NCBI GenBank assembly: GCA_963700985.1 | Contig: OY969554.1 | Span: forward strand, 128,001 to 192,000 | Source of the DNA: an uncultured Chlamydiales bacterium | GTDB taxonomy: Bacteria; Chlamydiota; Chlamydiia; Chlamydiales; Rhabdochlamydiaceae | Length of the DNA: 64,000 nt | Direction: 5' to 3' | In this document: positions 19,794 through 29,723 of the stretch, in pieces | Numbering within the stretch: position 1 is the stretch's first letter | How the letters are laid out: each line of letters starts with the position of its first letter | Notes under the pieces: generated by a model | Told to the model about the DNA's origin: nothing | Databases searched by the model: none | Seen by the model: only the letters and a program-made list of their open reading frames with translations | Program-made: the position numbers and the translations under genes

Positions 19794-21245
19794 ATGAAAC
19801 CATTTGTCGGAAGAGATAACGAGCTAAAAAGACTGGAAGACCTATCTAAATTAGATCGGGCCTGCTTGCTGTCCTTAAGGGGCGACGTCGGATAGGAAAA
19901 AGTCGCCTTGCTGAAGAGTTCGGAAAGGGTAAAGTGTTCTTGTCTTTTAGTGGGCTGGCCCCAGTTAAAGGGGTAACGGCTCAAGATCAGCGTGATGCAT
20001 TTGCACACCAATTGACGACTTTGTTTCATCTTCCTCCTTTTAGCTTTCTCGGATTGGAGCGATGCTTTTGCGCATCTTTCAAGACATCTTACCGAGAAAC
20101 CCACTGTCATTCTTTTTGATGAAATTTCATGGATGGGTTCGAAAGATCCAACTTTTATCTCCAAATTGAAAGTTTGGTGGGACCTTGTCTTGCAAAATCA
20201 TCCATCTGTTATGCTTATTTTATGTGGCTCTATTTCAACTTGGATCGATAAAAACATTATCAATAGCACAGCATTTTTTGGACGGGTCTCTCTTTATCTA
20301 GAGCTTACAGAATTGTCCATTCCACAATGCAGAGAACTACTGAATCTCCAGGGCTTCAAAGGATCAGATCTCGATTTTTTTAAGATTCTTAGTGTGACTG
20401 GTGGAGTGCCTTGGTATCTAGAGCAGATTCAGACGCATCAAAGTGCTGATGAGAATATTAAACGCCTTTGTTTTGAGAAAAATGGTCTTTTAGTCAATGA
20501 ATTTGATCGGATTTTCAATGATCTTTTCAGCTCAAGAGGAGAGATCTATAAGAAAATTATTACAAGTATTAAGTCAAGGCATGAAGGATCGAGCTAGCTC
20601 TGCAAAAAGCGATGGCTTATTCTCCGAGCGGCACATTCAGTCAGTCATCTTAAGGCTCTTGAAATTTGCGGGTTTATTAGCAAACACCCAGATTGGTCTT
20701 TAAAAACAGGCAAGCCAGGAAAATCGACTTTGTATCGCCTTTCTGATAATTATCTTCGCTTTTACATCCATTATATCGAACCCAACCTGTACAAAAATTG
20801 AACAAGGATCGTTTTTAGAAGTCCCGCTTTCAAGTTTACCTGGATGGGAGCCGATGCTTGGCTTCCAACTCGAAAATCTTCTGCTGAAAAATAGATCGCT
20901 TCTTTATCAGAGCACTTGGAATTCATGCTCAGGATATCGTCATCGATAATCCCTATTTTCAAAAAGCCAGTGGCCGAAAAAAGGGATGTCAAATTGATTA
21001 TCTGATTCAAACACATTCCAATACTCTTTTTGTCTGTGAAGTTAAAATGCGCCGTCGTGAGTTAGGCCTTGAAGTGATCGAAGCGATGAAAACTAAAATC
21101 GCCTCTCTTTCTGTTCCAAAGGGCTATGGGATCTCACCTATTCTATTTCATCTGGGTCCAGTCTCCGATGCTCTATCTAAGCAGTCGTTATTTTTACCGT
21201 ATTGTCGATATCGCAGACCTCTGTGAAGAGTGCGTTTTACTCTAA
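19794..21245 (+). pseudogene. AAA+ ATPase of the archaeal-ATPase/DUF234 type (ATPase-wHTH-PD-(D/E)XK), broken by multiple frameshifts
   Basis: MKPFVGRDNEL, Walker A GRRRIGKS, Walker B ILFDEISW, TGGVPWYL, Y.L.DNYLRFY and C-terminal GCQIDYLIQ...VCEVK are spread over different frames. Confidence 0.85.
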
Positions 21246-21622
21246 TTGCTGGAGTAGGCGATGGTGGTCATGAGCGCGTTTTCAGCTTGGCGCGAGTCTA
21301 GCCGCGTGTGTTGAACGACTATGTCGACATCCGATTCGATTAGACTGGCGAAATCGGTGCTTTTAGGAATGGGCTGAGGGTCTTTCAGGTCATTAAATTT
21401 AATGTGCTTGGTTCTTAGTCCTTGAACAACAATTTTATAAGGTCCAACCGGATCTTTGTCTGCGAAGAAGATTGTGATTTGAACATGTGCATCTTGATGG
21501 GATGTATTCAAAATACACACAGTCTCATGGCTTTCGAGTTCTTTGGTTGTGGCATGACCAGAGGGAGGGATATATCCTTCAGCAATTGCCCATCTTTTAC
21601 GGCCGATTGGTTGAATCATCAT
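21242..21622 (-). CDS. Anabaena sensory rhodopsin transducer (ASRT) family protein
   Basis: IGRKRWAIAEGYIP, SHETVCILN, VVQHTRLDSRQAENAL; TAATG overlap with the upstream haloperoxidase. Confidence 0.88.
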   Translation of the reverse strand: MMIQPIGRKRWAIAEGYIPPSGHATTKELESHETVCILNTSHQDAHVQITIFFADKDPVGPYKIVVQGLRTKHIKFNDLKDPQPIPKSTDFASLIESDVDIVVQHTRLDSRQAENALMTTIAYSSN

Positions 21623-22482
21623 TAGCTAGCCTTACGATGTTTTACAGCTGAAGCTTGGATGAAATCGAGCAGCTCTTCGTTGATCTGATCTTTGAGGGTT
21701 GAGCACATGCCATGCGGTGCGCCTTTGATGATTTTTAATTCTGCGCCCTTGATCAATTTTGAAGAGAGCATGGCGGATGCTCGAATTGGCACAATCTGAT
21801 CATCATCACCATGCAAAATTAACGTTGGTATATCGAATTTTTTAAGATCTTTAGTGTGATCTGTTTCAGAGAAAACCTTAATGCAATCATAGGCTCCTTT
21901 GAAATCACACAGCATTCCTTGCATCCAAAATGAATCGCGCAAGCCTTGTGAAACCTTAGATCCTGGTCTATTGGCGCCATAAAATGGGGCGCTGAGATCT
22001 TTGAAGAATTGCGAGCGATCTTTTTGCATGCCAGCACGAATGTCATCAAATGCTTTCATGGGTGTTCCATTTGGATTGGCAGCTGTCTTCAGCATGAGTG
22101 GTGGTATGGCGCTGATTAAAACAGCCTTAGCCACGTTTTTTGTGCCGTGACGGCCGATATAGCGCGCAACTTCTCCACCGCCAGTGGAATGGCCGATGTG
22201 GATGGCGTCCTTCAATTTCAGAGCTTTAACTAGCTTTGCGAGATCATCCGCATAGGTATCCATGTCGTTTCCTTTCCATGTCGAGCTAGAGCGTCCATGT
22301 CCTCTACGATCATGGGCAATGCAGCGGTATCCCTTGTTAGCTAAGAAAAACATTTGATCTTCAAAAGCATCGGCGCTAAGGGGCCATCCATGACTGAAAA
22401 CGATGGGTTGACCTTTGCCCCAATCTTTGTAAAAAAGCTTGATGTCTTGGTTGTTTTCTTTTCCGACAGTGATGTAACCCAT
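21622..22482 (-). CDS. cpo: Non-heme chloroperoxidase / perhydrolase (alpha/beta hydrolase)
   Basis: [35 protein letters not shown]. Confidence 0.92.
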   Translation of the reverse strand: MGYITVGKENNQDIKLFYKDWGKGQPIVFSHGWPLSADAFEDQMFFLANKGYRCIAHDRRGHGRSSSTWKGNDMDTYADDLAKLVKALKLKDAIHIGHSTGGGEVARYIGRHGTKNVAKAVLISAIPPLMLKTAANPNGTPMKAFDDIRAGMQKDRSQFFKDLSAPFYGANRPGSKVSQGLRDSFWMQGMLCDFKGAYDCIKVFSETDHTKDLKKFDIPTLILHGDDDQIVPIRASAMLSSKLIKGAELKIIKGAPHGMCSTLKDQINEELLDFIQASAVKHRKAS

Positions 22483-22538
22483 AATGCCTCCTATTCTTTC
22501 TTCAACGAAATAGCAAGAGGAGTCTAAGCTGTCAAGAT

Positions 22539-23252
22539 CTAGTTTGCGGTGAAAACTTCATCTAAGAAGTTATGGATGGCAAGCTGCGCGCGCTTGGCTG
22601 CAACGGGATGGTAAAGGATGCCTGCGGCAGGTTCGTTGGAACCTGGCGTGGCAAAAGCGTGCATCGCTCCGCCAAAAACGTGGGTCTGCCAGTCTACTTT
22701 AGCGCGGTTTAAAGTCTCTTCAAAAGCAAGCAGGTCACTTAGTGGGGTGATAGGGTCGTTATATCCATGCAGAATGAGAATTTTGGCTTTAATAGGTTGG
22801 ACAAGTGAAGGGTGTGGAGGCTCAAAGTGTCCATACACACTAATAGCACCTAATAAATCTACCCCGCTACGGGCAAGGTCAAGTGCGCATATGCTGCCAA
22901 ATCCATAACCTAGCACAGCAATTCGATCTGCATCGACATAGGGGAGTTGGCGTGCTACCTCGAAGGCTTTTAAAACGCGTCTTTGCAGGAGTTTTCGATC
23001 CTCAACGAATGGTTTCTTCAAGGCTGCATTTTCTTCTGCGGATTTTCCTAAAACACCTTTGCCATACATGTCTAGGGCAAATCCGACATATCCCCAATTG
23101 GCAATCTGCCTTGCTTGCTGACAGATGAAATCATCGCGGCCCTTCCAAGCATGACAGAGAATTACGGCCGGCTTTTTTTCGCGAGAGGGATATGCAGCAA
23201 AGGCCTCCAGCTCGGTCTCAAGGTCGCGGTAAGGGACAAAAGCGTTAAACAT
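22539..23252 (-). CDS. Dienelactone hydrolase family protein
   Basis: [16 protein letters not shown] nucleophile elbow (usual Cys replaced by Gly), HG..DP, GAMHAF. Confidence 0.85.
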   Translation of the reverse strand: MFNAFVPYRDLETELEAFAAYPSREKKPAVILCHAWKGRDDFICQQARQIANWGYVGFALDMYGKGVLGKSAEENAALKKPFVEDRKLLQRRVLKAFEVARQLPYVDADRIAVLGYGFGSICALDLARSGVDLLGAISVYGHFEPPHPSLVQPIKAKILILHGYNDPITPLSDLLAFEETLNRAKVDWQTHVFGGAMHAFATPGSNEPAAGILYHPVAAKRAQLAIHNFLDEVFTAN

Positions 23253-23258
23253 ACAGCC

Positions 23259-23801
23259 TCAAGAGAGTTTTCGAGCGATCCATTTGCCTGTTTCTTCAAA
23301 CGAAAAATGCACAGGCACACAATTGTCGATCGCCCACGCATGTTCTTCGATGCCCATTAAACAGCAAATTGCCCAGTGCACTCCACCGTGCGCTACAACT
23401 AGCGTTGGGCCCGGCAGTGAAAGAGCATGGTTAAGGCCATTTCGGACTCGATCCATAAATTGACGTGCGGCGCCTTCTTTCGGCAGGGAAGTATACATAC
23501 CCAGATGAGACATCTCATTCCAGATTTGCATAGAGCACTCACCGAGATCATGGATTTCATGATGATCAACGATTAACTTTGAGCTAATAATCTCTTTGGT
23601 CTCTTGCGCACGCTTGAGTGGGCTCGAACAGATCGTTTGAATTGGCAATAAAGAGATCGTAGGCTCGATCAATTTTGCCTGCTTCCTTCCCGTTTCATTC
23701 AAGGGAGTTTCCGAAGGGTGATCTTCCTTGGGATCTTTTAGAGAAATATTGTGATCTGTTTGCCCATGCCGAATGAAGTAAAATTCTTTCTGTAAAATCA
23801 T
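23259..23801 (-). CDS. Histidine phosphatase family protein
   Basis: RHGQT, SSPLKRA.ET, VAHGG; likely start ATG 23801. Confidence 0.88.
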   Translation of the reverse strand: MILQKEFYFIRHGQTDHNISLKDPKEDHPSETPLNETGRKQAKLIEPTISLLPIQTICSSPLKRAQETKEIISSKLIVDHHEIHDLGECSMQIWNEMSHLGMYTSLPKEGAARQFMDRVRNGLNHALSLPGPTLVVAHGGVHWAICCLMGIEEHAWAIDNCVPVHFSFEETGKWIARKLS

Positions 23802-24070
23802 GAGTCCTAACCTGCCTGCTCTAAAGAAGTTCTCAGTTTTCGAGTGCTTCGAGACAGGATAAACAAATCCATCTTTTTTTGAAGAATAAGTTCTCGCCTC
23901 CGAGTCAAATCTGGACAATTATAGACTTCTTTTGCCGTAAGAGTGTTTTATATCTAAATTTATTTTCTTTTATGAAATTAATAACAATTATTAACAGTTT
24001 TGTATTTACAAATTAATTATTAGTTTTCATAATCAAAAATAGAGTGGTGTTTAAAGGAGAGGGTTGAAAA

Positions 24071-24433
24071 ATGATTATGGAAATCATCGTGGGAGCAATA
24101 GCTCTTGCGTTTGTCGTCCTGGTAGTTTTTCTGATCCTAACACTTCAAGATACACGTAAAACGCTGAAGAAGACCGATCGCATCCTTACAGATATTCACA
24201 AGACTTTGGAAGGAATTGCTGAGCCAAGTGCACATTTAATTCATAGCGTTGACAAACTCACTCTAGATATTAAAAAGAAGGCGGAAGGGCTCGATGTTCT
24301 TTTCCATCCACTCTATGCGATGAAGGAAGGAAGCGGACACAAGAAGGGGAGTGACAAACTCTCTGAAATTGTCGAATGTGTTGCAGATGGAATCCGACTG
24401 TTTCAAAAAGTAAAAAAAGAGATAACCAGATAG
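24071..24433 (+). CDS. DUF948/YtxG-like membrane-anchored coiled-coil protein
   Basis: N-terminal TM (IALAFVVLVVFL) followed by an amphipathic coiled coil; upstream of YtxH-like genes. Confidence 0.75.
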   Translation: MIMEIIVGAIALAFVVLVVFLILTLQDTRKTLKKTDRILTDIHKTLEGIAEPSAHLIHSVDKLTLDIKKKAEGLDVLFHPLYAMKEGSGHKKGSDKLSEIVECVADGIRLFQKVKKEITR

Positions 24434-24438
24434 GCCAT

Positions 24439-24729
24439 ATGTCAAATCAAGATAAAGATTCGAAGCTATTTACAGGGCTATTGATTGGCGGAGCGGTAGG
24501 ACTTGGCGCTCTGGTTTTCTTCTTGGCCACCCGAAAAGAGAAAGCGCCGATGAATGCGATTGGAGAAGCGATCCTTCGCGTAGGTGAGATATTAGAGGAT
24601 CATAACATCGACGAACCTGAGACTGTCAGGCGCTTTGAGAAAAAAGTCCATAGCCATGAAAATACCATTGGTGACGTGGTAAATTGGGTTGCAACAGGGA
24701 TTCAACTTTGGAAAAAATTTAAACACTGA
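24439..24729 (+). CDS. Small membrane-anchored protein (YtxH-like N-terminus)
   Basis: FTGLLIGGAVGLGAL glycine-zipper TM; ATG 24439. Confidence 0.7.
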   Translation: MSNQDKDSKLFTGLLIGGAVGLGALVFFLATRKEKAPMNAIGEAILRVGEILEDHNIDEPETVRRFEKKVHSHENTIGDVVNWVATGIQLWKKFKH

Positions 24730-24737
24730 GAGTCAAT

Positions 24738-25151
24738 ATGTTCAAATCTAAACACTCATACGTCGACTTTCTAGAAGGGATATTGATCGGTGGATCTTTA
24801 GGAGCGGCTGCCACATTCATATTCGGCACAGAAAAGGGCAAGAAACTGCAAAAAGAAGTGAGCCAGAAATATAAGAAACTTGAACGCAAAGCAGGCCACT
24901 ATCGCCACAACGTCGAAAAAGCCTTCAAAAGTCCTGCGGCTAAAAAATTACAAAAAGAGATACGTCAGACATACAAGACGCTTAGCCATAAAGCGGATGA
25001 TTACCGCAAAGGCATTGAAAAAGCTCTTAAGAGTCCTGCAGCTAAAAAAGCCAAACGCATCGCTAAGAAAACTGCGCGAAGCCGTGTCGCACGAAAAATT
25101 GTCAGAAAAGTTAAAAGCAAAATCGTGCGTCGAAGAAAAGCTCTCCGATAA
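24738..25151 (+). CDS. YtxH-domain protein with internal repeat and Lys/Arg-rich tail
   Basis: FLEGILIGGSLGAAATFIFG.EKGKKL; two KKLQKE...EKA.KSPAA repeats. Confidence 0.8.
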   Translation: MFKSKHSYVDFLEGILIGGSLGAAATFIFGTEKGKKLQKEVSQKYKKLERKAGHYRHNVEKAFKSPAAKKLQKEIRQTYKTLSHKADDYRKGIEKALKSPAAKKAKRIAKKTARSRVARKIVRKVKSKIVRRRKALR

Positions 25152-25161
25152 AAAAATAGAC

Positions 25162-25629
25162 TTAAGAAGAAGCGCTTTGGGCGAGTATTTGCAGCGCTTT
25201 AAGAATTTTCGATTCTTTTAGATTGACTGTGCCAAAAAACGTTGCGTCTGCACGTTCAACTGCGGGTAAAGCCTTAGCTAAGCTCTTAGTTCCAGCTGCG
25301 GTAAGGATGGGGTGTTTACTTCGTTCATTAGCCATATGCGGCCGTTCGATTAATCCTTTGGATTGTAGGCTGCGCAATACTTGTGAGGTGGTATTGGGGT
25401 CGAGCGCCGCTTGCCTTCCAATCTCCACCTGACTTGCTCTCTTGCCCTCTCTTGTCAGCCAACCGGTGCTGGCCAGCACCACAAACTGCGGATGCGTGAG
25501 GCCCAACGGTTTTAAAACTTCTTCGATGGCTCTACGCCATAAGGTGCTAGCACGCCAGAGCAGAAACCCCGGGCTCTCTTCAGCTGAAGGGTGAACACTG
25601 ATCTCTTTGAAATTAACAGTTCGGCTCAT
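25162..25629 (-). CDS. MarR family transcriptional regulator
   Basis: SPGFLLWR...W, LTHPQFVVL, DPNTTSQVLRSL..KGLIER. Confidence 0.9.
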   Translation of the reverse strand: MSRTVNFKEISVHPSAEESPGFLLWRASTLWRRAIEEVLKPLGLTHPQFVVLASTGWLTREGKRASQVEIGRQAALDPNTTSQVLRSLQSKGLIERPHMANERSKHPILTAAGTKSLAKALPAVERADATFFGTVNLKESKILKALQILAQSASS

Positions 25630-26045
25630 GGAATAAGAATCTCCATGCTGGATGCTATCAAACGAAAATCGCTTAAAGAGATGGAAAAATGGCCGCGCCG
25701 AAAGGGAAAGCCCCAGCGCTGTTTATTTTGGATGAAGGTAAGCTGATCAATCAAAGGCTCTATGGGAGCTTCCTGAGAGCTCAAAAATGCGATATCGCGG
25801 CGCCAAGGAATAAAGTCTGGGCTCATGATGTGCTGATAAGGTTCTCGGGGCTTTACGCGCCCAATGGCGGTAAACTTGCGGCAAGGCATCTTTTCTCCAA
25901 ACTGCTCAGTAGGGGAGTAATAAACAAGCCAGTCATCCGGCTTCATCAATTTTAATGGCCCAGGCTTTCCATGACAGACTTGGGCAATCCCTTCAGCTAC
26001 GCCTCGTTTAACATGTTCTCGGCTTGCCACTGCTACCCAATACAT
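25626..26045 (-). CDS. EVE domain-containing protein
   Basis: YWVAVASREHV, QVCHGK..PL, YYSP, WGFPFRRG. Confidence 0.9.
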   Translation of the reverse strand: MYWVAVASREHVKRGVAEGIAQVCHGKPGPLKLMKPDDWLVYYSPTEQFGEKMPCRKFTAIGRVKPREPYQHIMSPDFIPWRRDIAFLSSQEAPIEPLIDQLTFIQNKQRWGFPFRRGHFSISLSDFRLIASSMEILIP

Positions 26046-26416
26046 TAATGCTCCTCCTTCAATCGATAGACTCTAATTCGATGTCCGTCGGGATCAAGTG
26101 CTACAAACGTACGGCCAAAATCCATATCGGTTGGTTCTTGCGCCATGGGAATGCCGAGATCTGTCCACTTTTTATACACTAGGTCTACATTTTCATCGCC
26201 AAAGGCAATTTCCGATCCGCCTCCAGTAGCAATTACTGTCGGTTCTGCGGTTTTTCGTGACCAGAGACCAAGCATGACCCCATTCTCAAGTGCGAACATC
26301 ACAAAGGTAGGTGCTTCTTCTAACGGCTTTCGGTTCAAAATCTGGCTATAAAAAGCCCCGCTTTGTAGGGGATCCTCAACGAACAAAAGTACAAAACCTA
26401 AATTTGGCTTGAACAT
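26045..26416 (-). CDS. VOC/glyoxalase family protein (EhpR-like drug-binding protein)
   Basis: LFVEDP..S..FY, GLWS, MDFGRTFVALDPDGHRIR. Confidence 0.88.
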   Translation of the reverse strand: MFKPNLGFVLLFVEDPLQSGAFYSQILNRKPLEEAPTFVMFALENGVMLGLWSRKTAEPTVIATGGGSEIAFGDENVDLVYKKWTDLGIPMAQEPTDMDFGRTFVALDPDGHRIRVYRLKEEH

Positions 26417-26451
26417 AAATTCTCCTGGTTCTTCTTATACGCATCAATATA

Positions 26452-26465
26452 ATACGTATACGTAT
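26452..26465. promoter_or_regulatory. Candidate MarR operator upstream of the VOC-EVE-MarR operon
   Basis: Perfect palindrome ATACGTATACGTAT 35 bp upstream of the VOC start, with a related half-site TATACGCAT nearby. Confidence 0.45.
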
Positions 26466-26503
26466 ATAAAAGCAAGCAAGGAATGAAGAGAGTTCTTTTG
26501 AAC

Positions 26504-27526
26504 TTATCCGGCTTTGCGAATTTTATTAGGATTTCCGCCTAGAGCCCTCTTAAGGCCGACGACTTCGCGAATCCCAATGTTTTTCTGAGAGAACAGGATG
26601 TAAGTAGGATGTTCTTGAGGATTGTATTTTCCCCAAAATGCACTCAATCCATCGAGCCTTGCCACGATTCTTGCAATTCTAAATCCGATATGCGCAATCC
26701 ACTTGGATAATCCGTTTAGGCCGATCATTACGCCGAGTTTTTTAGGCGTTACAATCCCCAAACTGACATAGCGACAGCCTTCATTATTTACTGTCTTGAG
26801 TGCCGTGGTAACGAGTAGTTCCGAGGTTCCGTGCGGAGCATTGGGGATCATCATCAGGTGATTTAGATGCCAGCCCTGATGCTTTTGCAGCTCATTTAGA
26901 CAGACGACTCCAACAATCTTTTCATCTTGTTTTGCATAGAACCAGCGCTTGCCCTCCACGTCCTCGAACAAGTGAATATTGGAAATATGCATCTGTGTGC
27001 CGCGTCTTGCGCTTAGCCACTTATCTCCCACGTCTATCATTGCTTGCCTTAAGCTGGGTTCATGTGAGAGATATTCTTGCACAAGCACCTTATCGCGAAT
27101 TGCAGAGCGCACTTTTCTGCGCACTAAACTCCCATGTTTGCCGCTCTCTTTCATGGGATCATGCGTCGGATCTAAAACCAGCGCTTTTCCGAATTCGACC
27201 AGCGTACTGCAGCCATTTTCAATTGCCCAATAGGCAAAGTCCTTACAAACAGAGATATAAATTACATTTTTGCCTTGCTCTTCGATGAAACGATGAAAAG
27301 CTTGAGTTAGAAGGGGGCGATCTGCTTCTGCACAGGTTGGTTCACCAAAGACGATGGCTGAATTAGACTCTAATCGATAGGCGATGAACCCATCGATATT
27401 GGGTAAAAAAAACATTTGCATAGCCGGATCTAAAATTGCATCCGTAGTAGCCCCGGCCCAGCGCCGTACGAGTTTTACTATGCGCAGCCTTTCTTCTTGA
27501 TTAACAGCCTTTTGAGTTTGTTCCAT
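26504..27526 (-). CDS. Stand-alone aminoacyl-phosphatidylglycerol synthase (MprF C-terminal/DUF2156) domain protein
   Basis: IVFGEPTC, FGKAL.LDP, APHGTSELL, VSLG, GL..F..KY.P. Confidence 0.8.
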   Translation of the reverse strand: MEQTQKAVNQEERLRIVKLVRRWAGATTDAILDPAMQMFFLPNIDGFIAYRLESNSAIVFGEPTCAEADRPLLTQAFHRFIEEQGKNVIYISVCKDFAYWAIENGCSTLVEFGKALVLDPTHDPMKESGKHGSLVRRKVRSAIRDKVLVQEYLSHEPSLRQAMIDVGDKWLSARRGTQMHISNIHLFEDVEGKRWFYAKQDEKIVGVVCLNELQKHQGWHLNHLMMIPNAPHGTSELLVTTALKTVNNEGCRYVSLGIVTPKKLGVMIGLNGLSKWIAHIGFRIARIVARLDGLSAFWGKYNPQEHPTYILFSQKNIGIREVVGLKRALGGNPNKIRKAG

Positions 27527-27636
27527 AAATGACCCCCTTCGATCTTTCTATATTAGAATTCCAGTTATTAATTAAAGAATTTTTTAATAATATTGGATTG
27601 GTTTTTAGTATGAAAGTGGTATATAATAGTTGCATT

Positions 27637-29592
27637 ATGAGCTCATTTATTCACAGATTGGGAAGACAAAGCTATTGCAACGTTTTAAGTTTTTGCGATG
27701 CCGTAGATTTATGCGCACTTACGAAAACTTCGCATTTTGGGAAGTGGAGCGGGGGAATCCTGAAAGCTCAGTGCGTGCTCGCTCAAATAGGCAAGAAGTT
27801 CGCCGCTCTTCTTAATGATGAAACGCATACACTTTTAAAGCAGCATGGTATTTTCAACCCCTTATACCCATCAGACTTTTTTTTGCGCGTAGAACACATA
27901 AGAGCGGTCTGTCTTGAGCTCACGCAAGACCACTTAAGCGATTATGAGAAACAGCTTATTCTACTACACACCCTTAAAATGACTTCACGGCATCCAAATC
28001 CAGAATGCACGCCTTTACATCCTTCCTTAGTAAATGTGCAGAAAAAATTTGAGGGCGCCAACATAGTGCGTATTAAGCCAGTCATTAAGATCGCTGTGCT
28101 TAGAGAGGGGAGTGAACGAATAGCTAAAATCATGGCTCTTCCAGAGCTGCGCACAGGCAAACTTGCCAATATGAGGAAATACAAACCAAGACATCTAAAT
28201 GCAAACTGTGCAGCTTATGAAATGATGCACGCTTTAGGTAGCTCCAGCGTGGCTCCCACCCAGCGTCTGCCAAGCGGTTTGGTGGTGCAGCATTATATTC
28301 ATGATTCGCACACACTCTGCGATGCAATTACATATGATGTGCGCGCAGTTAAACAACTAACGAGTATTAGCGTTATTGAAATAGCTTTACATGCGATTCT
28401 AGGCCTTCTTCGTGGACGCGAAGACGGCCATGATGAGAATATTATTCTCTTTCAAGATAAGCAGAAGAAATACCATCTTTGCGAAGTTGATCAAGAAAAA
28501 GATTTTATTAAGCAAAACATGATCGTCCGTCGCACTGCCGATGAACTGGAAGGTCAATGGGAGCATTTGTTGGGACTCCCACAAGCAGCTTTTCCGCTTC
28601 CTCAATCTGTCCTGAAACTCTTTTGCTGGTCTGGATTGAAAGACAAGTGTGTCACCATTTTTAAGAAGTATGATCTTGGCAATCCCTCTGCTCTCATTGA
28701 AAGATGTGATAAAATTCAAGCGCTTTGCCGCGCTGCCACGGCAGAAAAAACACGCCAGATAACTCCGCGGCAGTTTTATTTCGCTCTATATGGAAGAGAC
28801 TTTCTGTTCGAGAAGTGTGTTAAACTCGGCATGCCCCCTTATCTCTTTTTTTCGAAGGCTGTTCAATGGGCAGATTCTTTAGAGCCGAATTTTGAGCTTG
28901 AAGACTCGAATGAGAATATGCTTGCTTTAGCCGCTTTAGAGCCAGCTGCCAGCTTCCCTTTCTCGATGCTGACAAAATCAAAAGAAGAAAGCCTACCTGG
29001 CGAAAAGCTGACCTCAAGACTCAGCGAAAAGATTTGGGAACAGGACATAGTTAAGTGTTTTGAGATTCCTGAGGGCGCCTTTAATCTAGCCCGTTATAAC
29101 CTGCATCTTGAAAACCACCCTAATGTCACGTGCGCCATGCGCTCATTTCTTCTCTCGGATTGTCTAGAAGGTTTTGCCAAACGCATGGCCAGACAATTCA
29201 GCATAAACTTCCCGATCTGCCCTTTAGAAGTTGTAAGAGATAATAATAAATGCCAGTGGCTTGTCATGCATTCGCATCCTATCTTGAGGAATTTTGCAGA
29301 AGCATTAATAGAGGATGGCGGTCAGTCGAATATCCAAATCATGGAGCTTCCGTTTCAAGATTTTTCCCATCTCAAATGGCTGAAATTTCAGGCAAGTGGT
29401 CCTAAAGAACAAAATCCGCAAGATGTGTTGGATTTTGTCTCTGGCACTACAAAAACAGTCGTAGATTGGCTTGCGGAAACTTGGGAAATGGATGGATCTA
29501 TCTACATTGAAAAACGTGGCGTGCATTTTTTCCTCATGTTCAAGGTTTTTAGCAAAAGCGTGCGCTTTGAAGAAGATTCTGACCCTGCTTAA
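27637..29592 (+). CDS. Putative effector: degenerate F-box-like N-terminus plus PI3/4-kinase-like domain
   Basis: NVLSFCDAVDLCALTKTS (F-box-like); AAYEMMHALG...VAPT, EDGHDENII and EVDQE resemble the PI4K-II/HipA catalytic motifs; start ATG 27637 is likely. Confidence 0.55.
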   Translation: MSSFIHRLGRQSYCNVLSFCDAVDLCALTKTSHFGKWSGGILKAQCVLAQIGKKFAALLNDETHTLLKQHGIFNPLYPSDFFLRVEHIRAVCLELTQDHLSDYEKQLILLHTLKMTSRHPNPECTPLHPSLVNVQKKFEGANIVRIKPVIKIAVLREGSERIAKIMALPELRTGKLANMRKYKPRHLNANCAAYEMMHALGSSSVAPTQRLPSGLVVQHYIHDSHTLCDAITYDVRAVKQLTSISVIEIALHAILGLLRGREDGHDENIILFQDKQKKYHLCEVDQEKDFIKQNMIVRRTADELEGQWEHLLGLPQAAFPLPQSVLKLFCWSGLKDKCVTIFKKYDLGNPSALIERCDKIQALCRAATAEKTRQITPRQFYFALYGRDFLFEKCVKLGMPPYLFFSKAVQWADSLEPNFELEDSNENMLALAALEPAASFPFSMLTKSKEESLPGEKLTSRLSEKIWEQDIVKCFEIPEGAFNLARYNLHLENHPNVTCAMRSFLLSDCLEGFAKRMARQFSINFPICPLEVVRDNNKCQWLVMHSHPILRNFAEALIEDGGQSNIQIMELPFQDFSHLKWLKFQASGPKEQNPQDVLDFVSGTTKTVVDWLAETWEMDGSIYIEKRGVHFFLMFKVFSKSVRFEEDSDPA

Positions 29593-29723
29593 TTAACTTA
29601 AAAAAGAAAGCTGCTCGAGATTAGGCTCTTTGTTTCATATTGTTCATCCTCTTAAGCTATGTTTTCTGTTGACGGCGCAAATTCGAAAAACATATAGGCA
29701 AAGAAACAGATCGAGGTAGAAAT

